Part shown: positions 40,201 through 50,939 of the stretch, piece after piece
Position numbering within the stretch: the first letter of the stretch is position 1
Layout: each line of letters begins with the position of its first letter
Source: Girardia tigrina
Lineage: Eukaryota
Assembly (NCBI GenBank): GCA_001938485.1
Contig: MQRK01248235.1
Location: forward strand, 69,287 to 121,398
DNA length: 52,112 bases
Reading direction: 5' to 3'
Position numbers and translations under genes: made by a program
The notes under the pieces: model-generated
The model's database searches: none
Told to the model about the DNA's origin: nothing
What the model saw: the letters and a program-made list of their open reading frames with translations, nothing else

Positions 40201-43200
40201 ATAATGAACACAATCTATCTGATATTTTTAACTGACATTATTAATAATAAATTCTATTGTAAAAGTAATTTATTAATCAAAATATGACTCATATGATAAA
40301 TATTATAGCTGTTTTTATACATTAAAGTACATTATGTTTTAAAAAATTTACTTATAATTTTAAAATTAAGAAAAATTGTTTGAAAAACGTTTTTAATGAG
40401 AAATTTTAACATAAAAAAATCAAATTTGATATGAAATTTATTTAAAAAACTGAAAATGATAATAGAAATGACGAAGAAAATATTTGTTATTAAAGATAAA
40501 TTTTGGATTTAAATAGATTAAATTAAATTCGTGTAATATTTGACAATAATCTTTGAATTCACTACCATATTACTAAGAAGTGAATGTTACACGAATGAAA
40601 ACTATTAAAAATAGATAACCTTAACTTTAATGAACAATTAACGTAAACTTGGTGGAACAGCTAAATCCGGAATTATTAATATATTTAATGAAGCACTTTA
40701 AATACCGAATAAATAATAATATTGTTAAGAGCACTGGCAAAATTATTATGAAAACATTTATTAATATCACATTTAGAGTCATAACGACTCTAGGAAGATC
40801 TTTCATAATTTAATGTCATTCTAATTGGTTTTTAATTCTGTGTTTTTAATAATGATAATTCGAACAATTTTTCAATTTTTGTCTTTTTAAAATATTTATT
40901 ATCTTTTAATTGCAAAAATAATATATTAAAAATAATAATTTATACGTTCCTTTTTAAAACCTCAGAATTTAGTTAGAATTAATTATTTAAACACCATTAT
41001 GTTTTAAGAACTTTAAATAAATTTTTATTTTAATTCATAATATATTTTAGAAAATTGTAAAAATGTCTTTAAATTTTAAATTTCACTATATTTATTATTT
41101 TATATTATTTTAGGATAAATCAATTTAAATACGTTTATTATTGAACAAAATTTATATTAGCCCGTTCGGTCCTAACGGTACATATATGTACCACAAAAAA
41201 ATTTAAAATATCTAAAGTCAAGTTTGTTGTATTAAACTTATGGAAATTTTACCAGCTCGTAATTTCGCCTATTGTTTGCAAGTCTGGACTTGCGTACGGC
41301 CAGCTGTTCGTAAAGTTGATAATTTTTCATGCATTATATGAACATTGAAAATGCAAAAATATAACAAAAAAAACGAAGGGGTTAAATTAATTGTAATTGT
41401 TAATTTAATTATTTTTCACAGCAATTGAGTTTTGTAGACAATAAAATAGATAAAAATTTTAACGATAAAAATTAGCTGTGGTTGGTGAAGCAGCACATTC
41501 TAAAAAATGATCAAAACTACTTTTGTCCAGTGACCAAAGAAATGGGTGACCTCTCAAAGTCGTGATGGAATACCACACATCATCGATTCATCAATTATGG
41601 ATGACTCTGGTCTAACGAATCTTTCAATTTTAAAAGTATCACGTAAGATACACTGGATTTAATTTTTAAGTTACGTGTTAATAGTTCTTCGTTCACTACT
41701 AATTTTATTCATTTTTGTGGAAATCCACTTACTTATTTTTACTTTGATCATATGATAACCTGGATTTATAGAAAATTGGTTCTTTCTCACCGATAATCTT
41801 TTTTTCTAAAATTGATAGTGAGGAATATTTTAAATTGTTTGAATGTGTAAATGTATTGATGTTAATGATGATTTGAGTATGTTGAACTTAGAATGGTGAT
41901 TCTCCCATACAGATGGAAATTGGTATTTTTTATTAAGTTTAAAGTGATTGACTATTCGAACATAATTAAAATAATCATTTTATAAGTTCATATCTTTAAT
42001 TTCAGAATTAAAATTAAGTTTAATAATTTTTAGTAAAATTTAAATTAAATGCATTTTTAATAATTTCATGTCATTTTTATTATTTTGAGATTTATATAAA
42101 AATGGTAAAAATTAATATTTTTAGAGGTTAAATATTTTAAAAAATAATTTAGAAAAATTGTTCGAATAATCATGATTAAAAAAAGGAATGAGAAAACCAA
42201 TTAGAACGATGGCAAACGATGAAAGACCTTCTGAGAGTCTTAATGGCTCTAAATGTAATTGCAATAAAAATTTAAACGAGACTTATTTAAATGTTCTTAA
42301 TAGATAGTTTTAAGTAAGCTATAATATCATGTTACAGATATTGATGCGTATTGATGCAAACTTCAGTCTTATCAAGATTATATATTCAAAAATATTATTT
42401 CCAAAAAGAAATTATTTTCATTTCTGTGTTATTTACAACAAAAGTTATTTACACTAATTGAGTCATAATTTTTCTATTTTTAATCCTTGATAAAATATAT
42501 AAAACATTACCATTTATATAACATACCGAAAATGTACGATAGAAACTAAAATCAAATAAAATTATAAACGAGAAGATAATTTTACGTTTAAAAAAAAGTA
42601 TTAAAAATATTAATTAAAAAGTATTTGATTTTTATTGAATTTAATTTTATGAATTAAATGAAGTGAGTGAGAAATTTAATTGTCTCAGATTTTATTAAAT
42701 TTATTACATTTATCATTTGTGGTAATATTATTTTTAATTTTAAAATCTATTTTTATATTTTAGTCTTGCTTTATTTTATTTGATAATTTGCATTTCGAAA
42801 TTTTCTAATTCAATTCTTTTTGCTTCTTCAATTTATTTTTTTAACAAAATACGGCTAAACTTAATTACAGCCTTGTAGTAAAATGTTTTTTTCATATCGG
42901 CATTTTCTAAAAACTCAATTTTTTCGTACGAATAAATGATTTTCTCATCTACTTTTTTTATTTAAAAAAAATCATTAAATCTTCATATTCGTAAAAATGA
43001 GAAATTTATTTTATTCGATAATATCAGTTTTTGATTATTCTATACGTTATTGTTTTCATACCTATTTGTGATTTTAAGAAAGCCTTTATATTTAAGATAA
43101 TAAAATGTTTAAAATATATAATTATATACATACTTGGAGTTTACCTATAAATATAAATAATAAATAACGTTAATTTGATAATTGGAAAATGACAACCCCA

Positions 43201-46200
43201 TAGAGCTCTCAGAAATATTTATTTAAAAAGTTTTATGGTTTATAAACACAGGGGCATGGATGGCACATGAACTCTTAATGAATACATGACTTAAATGTTT
43301 TTAGATGTTTTTTTTAGAAAGGAGAAAAGATAAGTTTTGATTTTTATTTACCACGCGCCAGTTCACAACATTAATATGGATAATAAGCTTACAAATAAGA
43401 TAATAAGCTTATAAAAGTTGCATGCCCTTCATAACCTATGCACTCGCATAGTTAGGAAGAAACACAAGATGGAAAATATCCATATGAACATCCTGGACAT
43501 TGGACTCCCACATCCCATGGATATTATCGCGAGTAAAAGGTTTACTTTCCACAGTAAGACGGAAACTTCAGAAGATTACGAGACAATCAAACGAATCTGG
43601 AGGGGAGAAATAGAGATGGGAAAAAGGATCAGTGGGAGGAAGAAACACTCAAACTCGAAATGCCTTCGAGTAGACATACAATTGCTATTTGGGAATGATG
43701 CGGTGTATAGATATTTCATTAACCGCATCGTTAACAGAGACCTTACTGTATCGAGGGAAGCATACATAAACTCCTTAATTCGATCCGGAAGACTCAATAG
43801 GACAAGAACAATTGTGCCGAAGCTGATCAACGAGAGAGATAAACGTCACCAACGTCCAGTAGAAAGTTGCTACAAGGAGTTTGCCGAAAAAAAGGAACTG
43901 ATCAGATACATGAAAAGGGACCACTGGGTGTCCGCTTCCGCTAATCCTGATCAGTCCAACGAGACACAACAACATCAATTACCATTCCTATGTACACTAT
44001 GTAAAAAGTCGTACAAAACGAAGGGGTGGCTGGCCAGGCACCTCTACCTGGATAATAAATTGGAGGAGACAGAAGAAATTGGAAAACCAACAATGACACC
44101 AGCGCAAACCAGTAAAAAAATAGCACAGAGGAAAGAGTCGTAGAAAACCTCAACATTCCTGGTGACCAGATTTAATCCGTGACGGTCCCCCCGACTATCT
44201 CGACAGCGGTGGAGGAAGCGATAGATACTGAAGAAACACATCTGACTTTTAGGATTGCAGATCTAACTGCAAGGCAGAGTTCAGATGTCCCTTTCGCGGC
44301 TGTACGAAGTCCACAAATACAGCCAAAGATATGCAGAACCATTGTTATACAACCCATGGGTGGTCGTTTCTCACAGGGAAGCCGAAAAGATCTCGGAGAC
44401 CGAAACTATCCGACCCAGTAGGAGGCCTATAGGGGGCTGTTAGTGATTCTTTAGTTTGGGTGGACCCTCTAAAGAGATGGGTGGCCAACATGTGCCAGAG
44501 AATTGTAAAGAATTGCCCAAAATATCATATAAGTAAATTATATGAAATATATTCTTTAATTTGTTACGTAATTAATATTTAGGTTAAGATTTTTTCTATT
44601 TCCTTTGTTGAGTAGAAGACAATATGTCTTTCAAGAAGAGATCTTCTAACGTGGAGAAAACAGAGGAAACCTGGACGAAGAACATAATGCAGTTTCAAGC
44701 GTCATCAAGAAGATGCAGTGAAAATTTATGAAGCACCCTTAATTGAACGGAGTCGCATGTCTCTGAAAAGCCACGTCATTGGACGCATTGAATTTCTTAA
44801 ATGTAAAAGCTCAAACAATCGCAGAAGGACTCAAAGATGTGTTAGAAGAGTTTAACCTGTAAGTATCAATTGTGATGATTGTTACCGACACAACAAACCT
44901 GAATACCGGAAAGAAGACGAGCATTCTTGTTCACCTTCAGCAAACCCAAGTTCATCAGTTGCCAGTATCATGTGCTATATCGGATTCTTCGAATTGTCAT
45001 GGACGATGAGTTCAATGGGTCAACTAAATCACCAATTTAAGAAGGAAAACAATGTTGGAGTTATAAATAGTATAAGCTACCATAAAAGGTATGGAAGTTT
45101 TTCCTTTTACCATTCTCATTAAGAAAAATCACGGTGGAATAAAATCCCGCTTTAATTCATTTTTCCCGCATTTATCGCTGTTTTACAAAATTTCCCGCAC
45201 GGTCTGGCATCACTGGAAATCACCAATCATCGAGCACTTCTTTGTGCAGGATTTGATGTTCACTTATGATAAAACCGTAAAACTGAGATTAAAGAAACAG
45301 GAGCCTTGAGAGACGACATGAAGTTTCTCTGTCACCACACTCGTGTCTTCCGACACTTCACTGAGAGGAAAGACATCCCCTTCGTGAATTTTAAACAGAT
45401 TCCAAACATCAGCAATGCACGCTAGAACTCTCGTGCCATTCTAGCCCTTCTTGCGTTTATTCTGATGCCTGAAACCGGGAACAGGTTGCGTAAAATTTGT
45501 TCATTTATTTCTTACTCTTGGGTTGACCACTAGTTCAGCAGTCAATTGATCCACGCTGAAGATTTTGAAGATATATCTGTAGCGCTGATTGAGTACCCAA
45601 AGGCTCTCAAATGATTTTAAAGCCACTGGAAAACAGATTAATCTCCAATTAACATTGCCCGAAGTAACCAATGTTGTAAGAGTATGATTTTAGTTGTGCA
45701 AGATTTGCACAACTTCGGCCGCAACAATGACAATCTACCACTGAGATTCATTCTCTCCAATGACAAAATCGTGAATATTGGACTTCCTTGATTGTTTGAT
45801 GGTTCTATATATTGTTGTATATATGAATGATAAATACAATTTTTGAAATCATTTTGTACGCGAGGTTTTTTATCAAATCATCTAGAATATAAGATTTATC
45901 TAATCTTACATGAAAACCCATCCATACAGGGAAATGTTGTATAAAAGTAATCACCCTAGTGTACACTTTAGAGAGATTTTATGTATAAATAATTCTGAGA
46001 ATGACTGCATTTAATAAGTTCAATGACATCAAAATTGAATTTATGATAATATCAATTATTTATGTAAGCTAAATCCACCAGTATATATATATATATAACT
46101 ACTTGAGGCTCTAGTTGATTGCATATGTAATCAATTAAAACTTCATCTTCGTGTTTTATCAGCTCGATTATCTGTCTGCTAATCCACGGCCGCACGGCCT

Positions 46201-48646
46201 CGAGGTCCACTCGTTCCATGTCCACCTAATACGCATTATTTATCATTCTATCGCAACAAATTCGCTAATCAAATATTTAATTTTCTGAATGCTAATTTGA
46301 TAGTTTTGACAAATTATTTAGTCAAAGTTCTTTTAAGAAATTGGTCATCGAACATGTTTCACCGTTTTGAAATTTATCATCAGCAGTTATAATTTAATTT
46401 GTAAAATATTTAAATGTTAGTTTTAATAGAAAATTCAAGTTTTTGATTTAAAGATATCTTTGGATAATAATGACAAAATGTTTTATTATTTAATTAAAGA
46501 TTTGGAATGACCTTACTTTATCAATTTTGAACGTTTATTAATGGAGCATCCATTAAGGACGTCCCCTTCTAAGGGATGGAGGGGGTCACCACAAGGGGGA
46601 CATTTGGGGACAATAGGGAGTGGTGTCCAATTGTTAAGGGGACATCCCCCAGCAGCGCCTTTCATTAAAATCTAAAGTTAAATTTCAACTATCGTTTATC
46701 TTGTCATTTTTGTAAGATTTTCTGTTAGAGATTGATGTAATACTCAAAACCCCTGTTATCTGAATTCTATTTTCCCAATTCTTTTATAATAATTAAGTCA
46801 TTTATTTTTTCTTTAGAAATTATGTACATTTTCGTTATTTTAACAATATTTGATTTTTTTATTCTATTTTTTAATATGTGACTTAAATTACAGCCAAAAT
46901 AAAATTATATACAAGCTAATCTTTAAAGCTTCAATGTTATATACATTCTTCTAAATATAAGGGAAATCTGAAAGGGACAAGAGGGGGGAGGGGTCAAAAT
47001 ATGCTTATTTTTTATAGGACGTCCTTAATGGATGCTCCCTAATGGGTTTTAGTGTCGTATTACAAATGATTCAGAAAACTAAATCATTTTGTGCATCAAA
47101 AGCCTTCTGTAAAACAAAAACTCATTCTTTAAATAGAAGAGATACTATTTTTACTATTGTAACTAATGATCAAGAACCTTACTTGATCGACTTGATTGTG
47201 AATGCTCTCTAACCATGGTTTTGAGATGACGAGTTTGTAATTTGTCTTACAATTTTGAAACCACAAATCATGGTTTAAATCTTCTTAGAGTACGATTGAG
47301 GGATAACAAGTACCCAAACAAACAGGTATATCAAAACATTAAGGTTTCATTGTAAAAAATATGTACACAAACACGGATTAAGGAAGGATTAAATGAAGAA
47401 AACATTGAAAATCACACACAAATAATCAAAATACCATGTTATGAAGGATTTAAACAATTTAAGAAGAGTACTTGCAAGAATATTAGTGTCAAAGTGGTTT
47501 TAATAATATCTAAAGCTCAAAACTTCCTCTCGAATAAATTGAAAACGATTGTCGATTGCAAACTAATCTGGTTTATAAATTTGATTGTCACTGGTATAAA
47601 AACGCGTACATTAGAGAGTATTCATTAGTTACATTGGAACCTAAATTGGAGGAGGCAATTAGAAATTGGAGAACCAACAATGACACAAGCGCAATAAATA
47701 ACACAGAAGAAAGAATCGAAGAAAACCTCAACATTCCAGGAAACCAGAATCAATCCGTGACGGACTATCTCGATGACAGTGGAGGAAGCGATAGGCACTG
47801 AAGAAACACATCTGACTTTTACGATTACAGATCTAAAAGCAAGGGGAGAGTTCAGATGTCCCTCTCGCGACTGTACGAAGTCAGGGAATACACCCAATAC
47901 AAGCCATTGGTGGTCGTCTCTTACAGGGGGGCCGAAGAGATATCTGAGACCGAAACTATCCGACCCGTAGGTAGTCTATCGAGGGGCTGCTAGTGATTCT
48001 TTAGTTTTGGTGGACTCTCTAAAGAGCCTAGAGGCTCAATACCATTAGAAAGAGATGGGGGATCATATTTCAGAGACAAATCGTCATCTAAATACCCGGA
48101 TTAGTGAGCATTCACAATCAAGTCAACCGAGTAAGACTTGGTTACATTATAAATCTTCTGTTTCAAAGAATGAGTTTTCTGTTTTACAGAAGGCCTTTGA
48201 TTCATACTATGAGCGGCAATTTCGTGAATTACTATTAATAAGAAACTACAACCCAAAATGGACAGAGTAAGGCCATTCCAAATCTTAAATTAAATGATAA
48301 ATATTTTGCCATTATTATCTAATGATATCTTGAAATAAAAACTTAAATTATCTATATCTAATATTAAAATAAACATTTAAATATTTGACAAATTAAATTA
48401 TAATTGCTGATGATAAAGTTCAAAGTTTGTAAGAATGTTCAATGATCGATTTGTTAAAGAAACCTTTGACTAAATAATTATTTCAAATAGAAATCAAATA
48501 TTTTTTTTATTTTTTCACGTCTAACGAATTCAAAGAAAGAAATCTTATTAAAAATTGATATTTCACTCAGAATAAATTTCAGCGAAACAACAAACCCGAT
48601 TATTGAGTATTTCATCAAATTTCATATCTTTGGACACCTTTGTCAT
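16517..48646 (-). CDS. SRRM1: PWI-domain Ser/Arg-rich splicing factor, SRRM1-like (12 exons, about 521 aa)
   Basis: Exons 48646-48596, 46225-46103, 37625-37470, 37421-37388, 37305-37289, 27368-27032, 24008-23797, 23748-23521, 20430-20318, 16904-16772, 16720-16622, 16579-16517. All introns are GT-AG with matching phases (1566 nt total). PWI domain: MKFDEILNNRVDMERVDLEAVRPWISRQIIELIKHEDEVLIDYICNQLEPQYPDPREIQTNLSGFLSYKNARIFTSELWKELL, followed by an RS/S-rich region. The start codon and the joining of distal exons are less certain. Confidence 0.8.
17640..17850 (+). mobile_element. Tc1-like HTH fragment
   Basis: NKTVVSRTMQRHTELGTSEDRKGR. Confidence 0.4.
19270..19700 (-). mobile_element. IS630/Tc1-like transposase N-terminal fragment
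   Basis: LARQLDISKSAAKNIIYKY...GGHRKPII...YVEENPQSTLAEMK...VSESTISR (two HTH motifs). Confidence 0.65.
20826..23204 (+). mobile_element. Decayed hAT element (hosts a nested Tc1)
   Basis: Imperfect TIR (C/A)AGAGATTC; 8-bp TSD GTCCTTAC/GTCATTTC (6/8 match); TATTCGAATA subterminal repeats; hAT dimerisation-like tail ERVFSTADAIKTK...ETLNSLIFLK. Confidence 0.7.
21198..22532 (+). mobile_element. Tc1-like element, partly within an assembly gap
   Basis: Imperfect ~35-bp TIRs (CTATATAT..AATGTTATAT.TCATTC.ATAG). ORF from 21419 with HTH, SKSTVRR and VVFTDESRFSLDG. Confidence 0.8.
24272..25513 (-). mobile_element. Full-length degenerate mariner inserted in (TA)n
   Basis: TIRs TAGGTTGAATCATAAGTAACTTCC / GGAAGTTATGTGTGACTCAACCTA. 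Motifs IITCD, NIHGKKILLCVWWD, HYNARSH, HPPHSLDLVPTDYHLF, GINKL. Confidence 0.92.
25759..25801 (+). ncRNA. Minimal type-I hammerhead ribozyme (Penelope pLTR type), one core substitution
   Basis: GAC-CTGAAGA-T-GACGA(ttgat)TCGTC-GAAG-TATATT-GTC: stems I and II intact, GAAA changed to GAAG. Preceded by a remnant resembling a GIY-YIG end (AIN.FNPKMN). Confidence 0.7.
27032..27368 (-). CDS. SRRM1: SRRM1-like Ser/Arg-rich exon
   Basis: 112 open codons (RTRSRSRRRSK..., SSSSSSSS) with a polypyrimidine AG acceptor and GTAAGT donor. Confidence 0.8.
28405..28600 (-). mobile_element. Tc1/mariner catalytic-domain fragment
   Basis: VNRYNCRAFWG...VQSSPKVNV. Confidence 0.45.
29149..29474. mobile_element. 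hAT-like MITE
   Basis: Exact 8-bp TSD ATCATGAT (29141-29148, 29475-29482); ends CGGAGTTT.../...AAACCCTG; internal TACACCCA repeats. Confidence 0.75.
36869..37076. mobile_element. Tc1/mariner-type MITE
   Basis: ~30-bp TIRs TATGAGCCG...AAAGTGGCCTAA / TTAGGCCACTTT...CGGCTCATA with TA flanks. Confidence 0.8.
37470..37625 (-). CDS. SRRM1: SRRM1-like exon 3 (PWI C-terminal half)
   Basis: YPDPREIQTNLSGFLSYKNARIFTSELWKELL matches SRRM1 PDSKMMQINLTGFLNGKNAREFMGELWPLLL. Confidence 0.92.
37943..39504 (+). mobile_element. Near-complete IS630-Tc1-mariner element (rosa/Visitor-like, DD38D), inactivated
   Basis: ~29-bp TIRs CAGTGCGTTCAGAAAGTCACTGTGCACCT and TA TSD. Transposase 38197-39352 with RSGRP, FSDEAWF, FQQDGA and WPPRSPDLSVLDF; two frameshifts and one premature stop. 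Confidence 0.95.
41161..41381. mobile_element. piggyBac-like MITE
   Basis: TTAG-CCCGTTCG ... CGAAGGGG-TTAA (CCC/GGG ends, TTAA-like TSD). Confidence 0.5.
43418..44520 (+). mobile_element. 5'-truncated RTE-like LINE (RT C-terminus plus C2H2 zinc fingers)
   Basis: LHNLCTRIV...IKRIWRGEIEMGKRISGRKK is typical of RTE RT C-termini; C2H2 finger FLCTLCKKSYKTKGWLARH. Confidence 0.65.
44620..45958 (+). mobile_element. Decayed hATm-type transposon
   Basis: IVTDTTNLNTG, CQYHVL, NISNAR*NSRAI and RSNQCC; right end ATCACCCTA is the reverse complement of the TAGGGTG TIR typical of hATm. Confidence 0.65.
46103..46225 (-). CDS. SRRM1: SRRM1-like exon 2 (PWI signature)
   Basis: VDMERVDLEAVRPWISRQIIELIKHEDEVLIDYICNQLEPQ flanked by AG and GT. 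Confidence 0.92.
46346..46388 (-). ncRNA. Degenerate minimal hammerhead (inverted pLTR arm)
   Basis: Minus strand AACTG-CTGATGA-TAAATTTCAAAACGGT-GAAA-CATGTT-CGAT: core intact, stems eroded. Confidence 0.5.
46542..47039. mobile_element. PIF/Harbinger (Tourist-like) MITE
   Basis: 22-bp perfect TIR GGAGCATCCATTAAGGACGTCC; TAA TSD (46539-46541, 47040-47042). Confidence 0.9.
47620..48060 (+). mobile_element. Second RTE-like 3' fragment, inserted into the Penelope GIY-YIG motif
   Basis: Clearly homologous to 44055-44480 (AAATTGGAGGAG, GAAGAAACACATCTGACTTTTA, GACCGAAACTATCCGACCC); splits the AYI|xETNRH motif. Confidence 0.8.
48403..48443 (+). ncRNA. Degenerate minimal hammerhead (3' pLTR)
   Basis: ATTG-CTGATGA-...-GTAAGAATGTT-CAAT: stem I ATTG/CAAT intact, GAAA core mutated. 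Confidence 0.45.
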
Positions 48647-49572
48647 TGGGAAACGAGAGTTTTTTTATTTTAAGGTCTATCATAGACAAATTATCAATCA
48701 AAATACTAACAATAAATCATAATTTACTTTGACGAAATGAATTTTAAGGATCCGCTTAATAATTATTTAAATTGATTTAATTGAATTATTTAAACAAATG
48801 TTTATTAATTATTTTCATGTCATCGAAAATTAATAATAATAATTTCAGTGATTTCTATAATTGGAAATAAAACTAAAATTTGAAATGAATTTTTGTTTTT
48901 GTTTTATGAATTTATAAATTAATTCATGGCGGTTTAATTTATTGAATACTATTATTTTCGTTGAGAATTATTAAGGAAAAAATTATAACTTGATCTCTGT
49001 TGGGTTTATTCTAAGAATAATTGGAACTTGGTTTTTATCTTAAAAAATTCGGTAATTGAAGAATTTAAAAGGCGTTTATTAAAATTATACGGTAATAATT
49101 TTTAATAATCACAGCAATACAATGTTTTAAATGATTTCAAAGATGATAAAAACAATTGAAGAAATCTTATTTTGAGTTTGCACTTTTTATGAAGGGTTCT
49201 TGGTTATCACACAAAACTTGAATTATTTTAAAATTTTGTAAAGGTGATACTTAAATATATCAAAAGGATAGGTTAGTCTTTTGACAAGGTTCTACAAGTT
49301 TTTGTGAAGGAAAACAATATAAAATTAGTGGAGATTAAAAGTAACTTTCTACGATATGCTGCTTTTCTAAACTGGTTTTCATCGTGCCGTTCGTCACACA
49401 TTCCAGTATCTAACGAGCCAATTTTAACCAAGGCTTATTCATTTGTTGAATAGTTATCATTACAATGTTGCTTTTTTGGGTAAACCAGACAGATTACTCA
49501 AAGAGACAACAAAATAAAATATATACAGGTTCGCTTTCTCTAAGTGGCATTCTTAGAAGAGGTCCAATAGGT

Positions 49573-50290
49573 ATTTGATTTTAATTATATAAAAAATTAC
49601 AAAAATCAAATCATTAAAATTATTTAAAAGTTCGTGAAAATTTTAAATTAATTTTATTATTGCTATTTATATACTTGTTTTGATTTTTATGATATTTTTT
49701 CCAATAATTCAATTAAATAATTATGATCAACACAATAAATGTTGAAGGAAATTATATTCTTATAAAAACAATTTACAATAATATTTATATGAAATAAATA
49801 CAAATATTCAATGAGATTTTGACTATTCTGTAAAATTTTGGTTGAAAAGTTTCCCTTTCCAATCACATATAAGTTTATAATTTATTTTACAAATATAAAT
49901 ATTTATATAATTTTAATTTACTAATTTAAAGTTTCTTCCAAATTATAAATAAAGAAATAACCTAATTGGATTTCCCACTATTAGTTCGCTATTCCAAAAT
50001 TACTCAGTGTTAAGAGAACTCACACATTTGACAGAACATTTATTACATTCACAAATTTTATCATCTTTATGATGATCAATATTATTGCTTTCACTAGAAT
50101 CCATTAATCAATTTTCAATATCTCCCATTATAATCTGAACTACACTTGATAAGATTATTTTATTTAAAAATGTTTAATTTAAATTTGATTGGCTAAAATA
50201 AAATATTTTTATAGACATGTTTAAACATTAATTTGATTTTAATTATATAAAAAATTACAAAAATCAAATCATTAAAATTATTTAAAAGTT
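49573..50290. repeat. Exact 60-bp direct repeat (49573-49632 and 50231-50290)
   Basis: ATTTGATTTTAATTATATAAAAAATTACAAAAATCAAATCATTAAAATTATTTAAAAGTT occurs twice. Confidence 0.9.
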
Positions 50291-50939
50291 GCAATAATAA
50301 AAACTAAAAATTTGAATATTAAATCTAAATTTAAATAAATGAGTTTCAGATTATAAAAAAATAAATATTGATAATCCATCTGGTTAGGAGAGGCACAATC
50401 CCAAATCAACATACAACATTTAAACATACACCAAATATTCCTCACACTCAAGATTTCTTTTCCAAAAATAATCAAAATTGCTTCTTAATTCTGGATATAT
50501 ACGGTAAATCAATCCTTCAATTTTAAATATCAATTCGTCATCAAATTAATTTCTTTCGAAAAGTTTTGTTTTGTCTTCGTATAACTTTTTGATTGAACTG
50601 ATCTTGCAAAGATATCAGCTCGTTCGATCTTGTGTAAATATTAATTTATCAATCATTCGATTTTCGGTCTCTTATATAAACCTACCACTATTTGTGTACG
50701 TTGAATTTGAAAATCAAACTTCGACTCATAATGAATTATTCTTAATTTCGTATTTTTGATATTTGGCGTTTAGGCCTTCCTGTACTTTTGATTTAATTTT
50801 ATATAATTTTTATATTTTTATAATTTAAATAAATAATAATAATTTTATTTAAAAAAATAGTAATAACTCTTATTACTATTTTATAAATTTTATTTAAATA
50901 AATCAAATAAATAAAAAAACACGTACAAAGCACATTCCC

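Larger units (their letters stand above)
46300..48500 (+). mobile_element. Penelope-like element with inverted pLTR arm
   Basis: GIY-YIG endonuclease LVYKFDCHWYKNAYI...ETNRHLNTRISEH...RELLLIRNYNPK. Segments 46300-46541 plus 47043-47140 form the reverse complement of 48150-48500; both arms carry hammerhead cores. Confidence 0.85.

Noticed and set aside
48665-48667. Stop-codon reassignment (TAA as sense)
   Set aside because: About 520 codons of AT-rich exons contain no in-frame TAA or TAG, and the prohormone ends in TAA.
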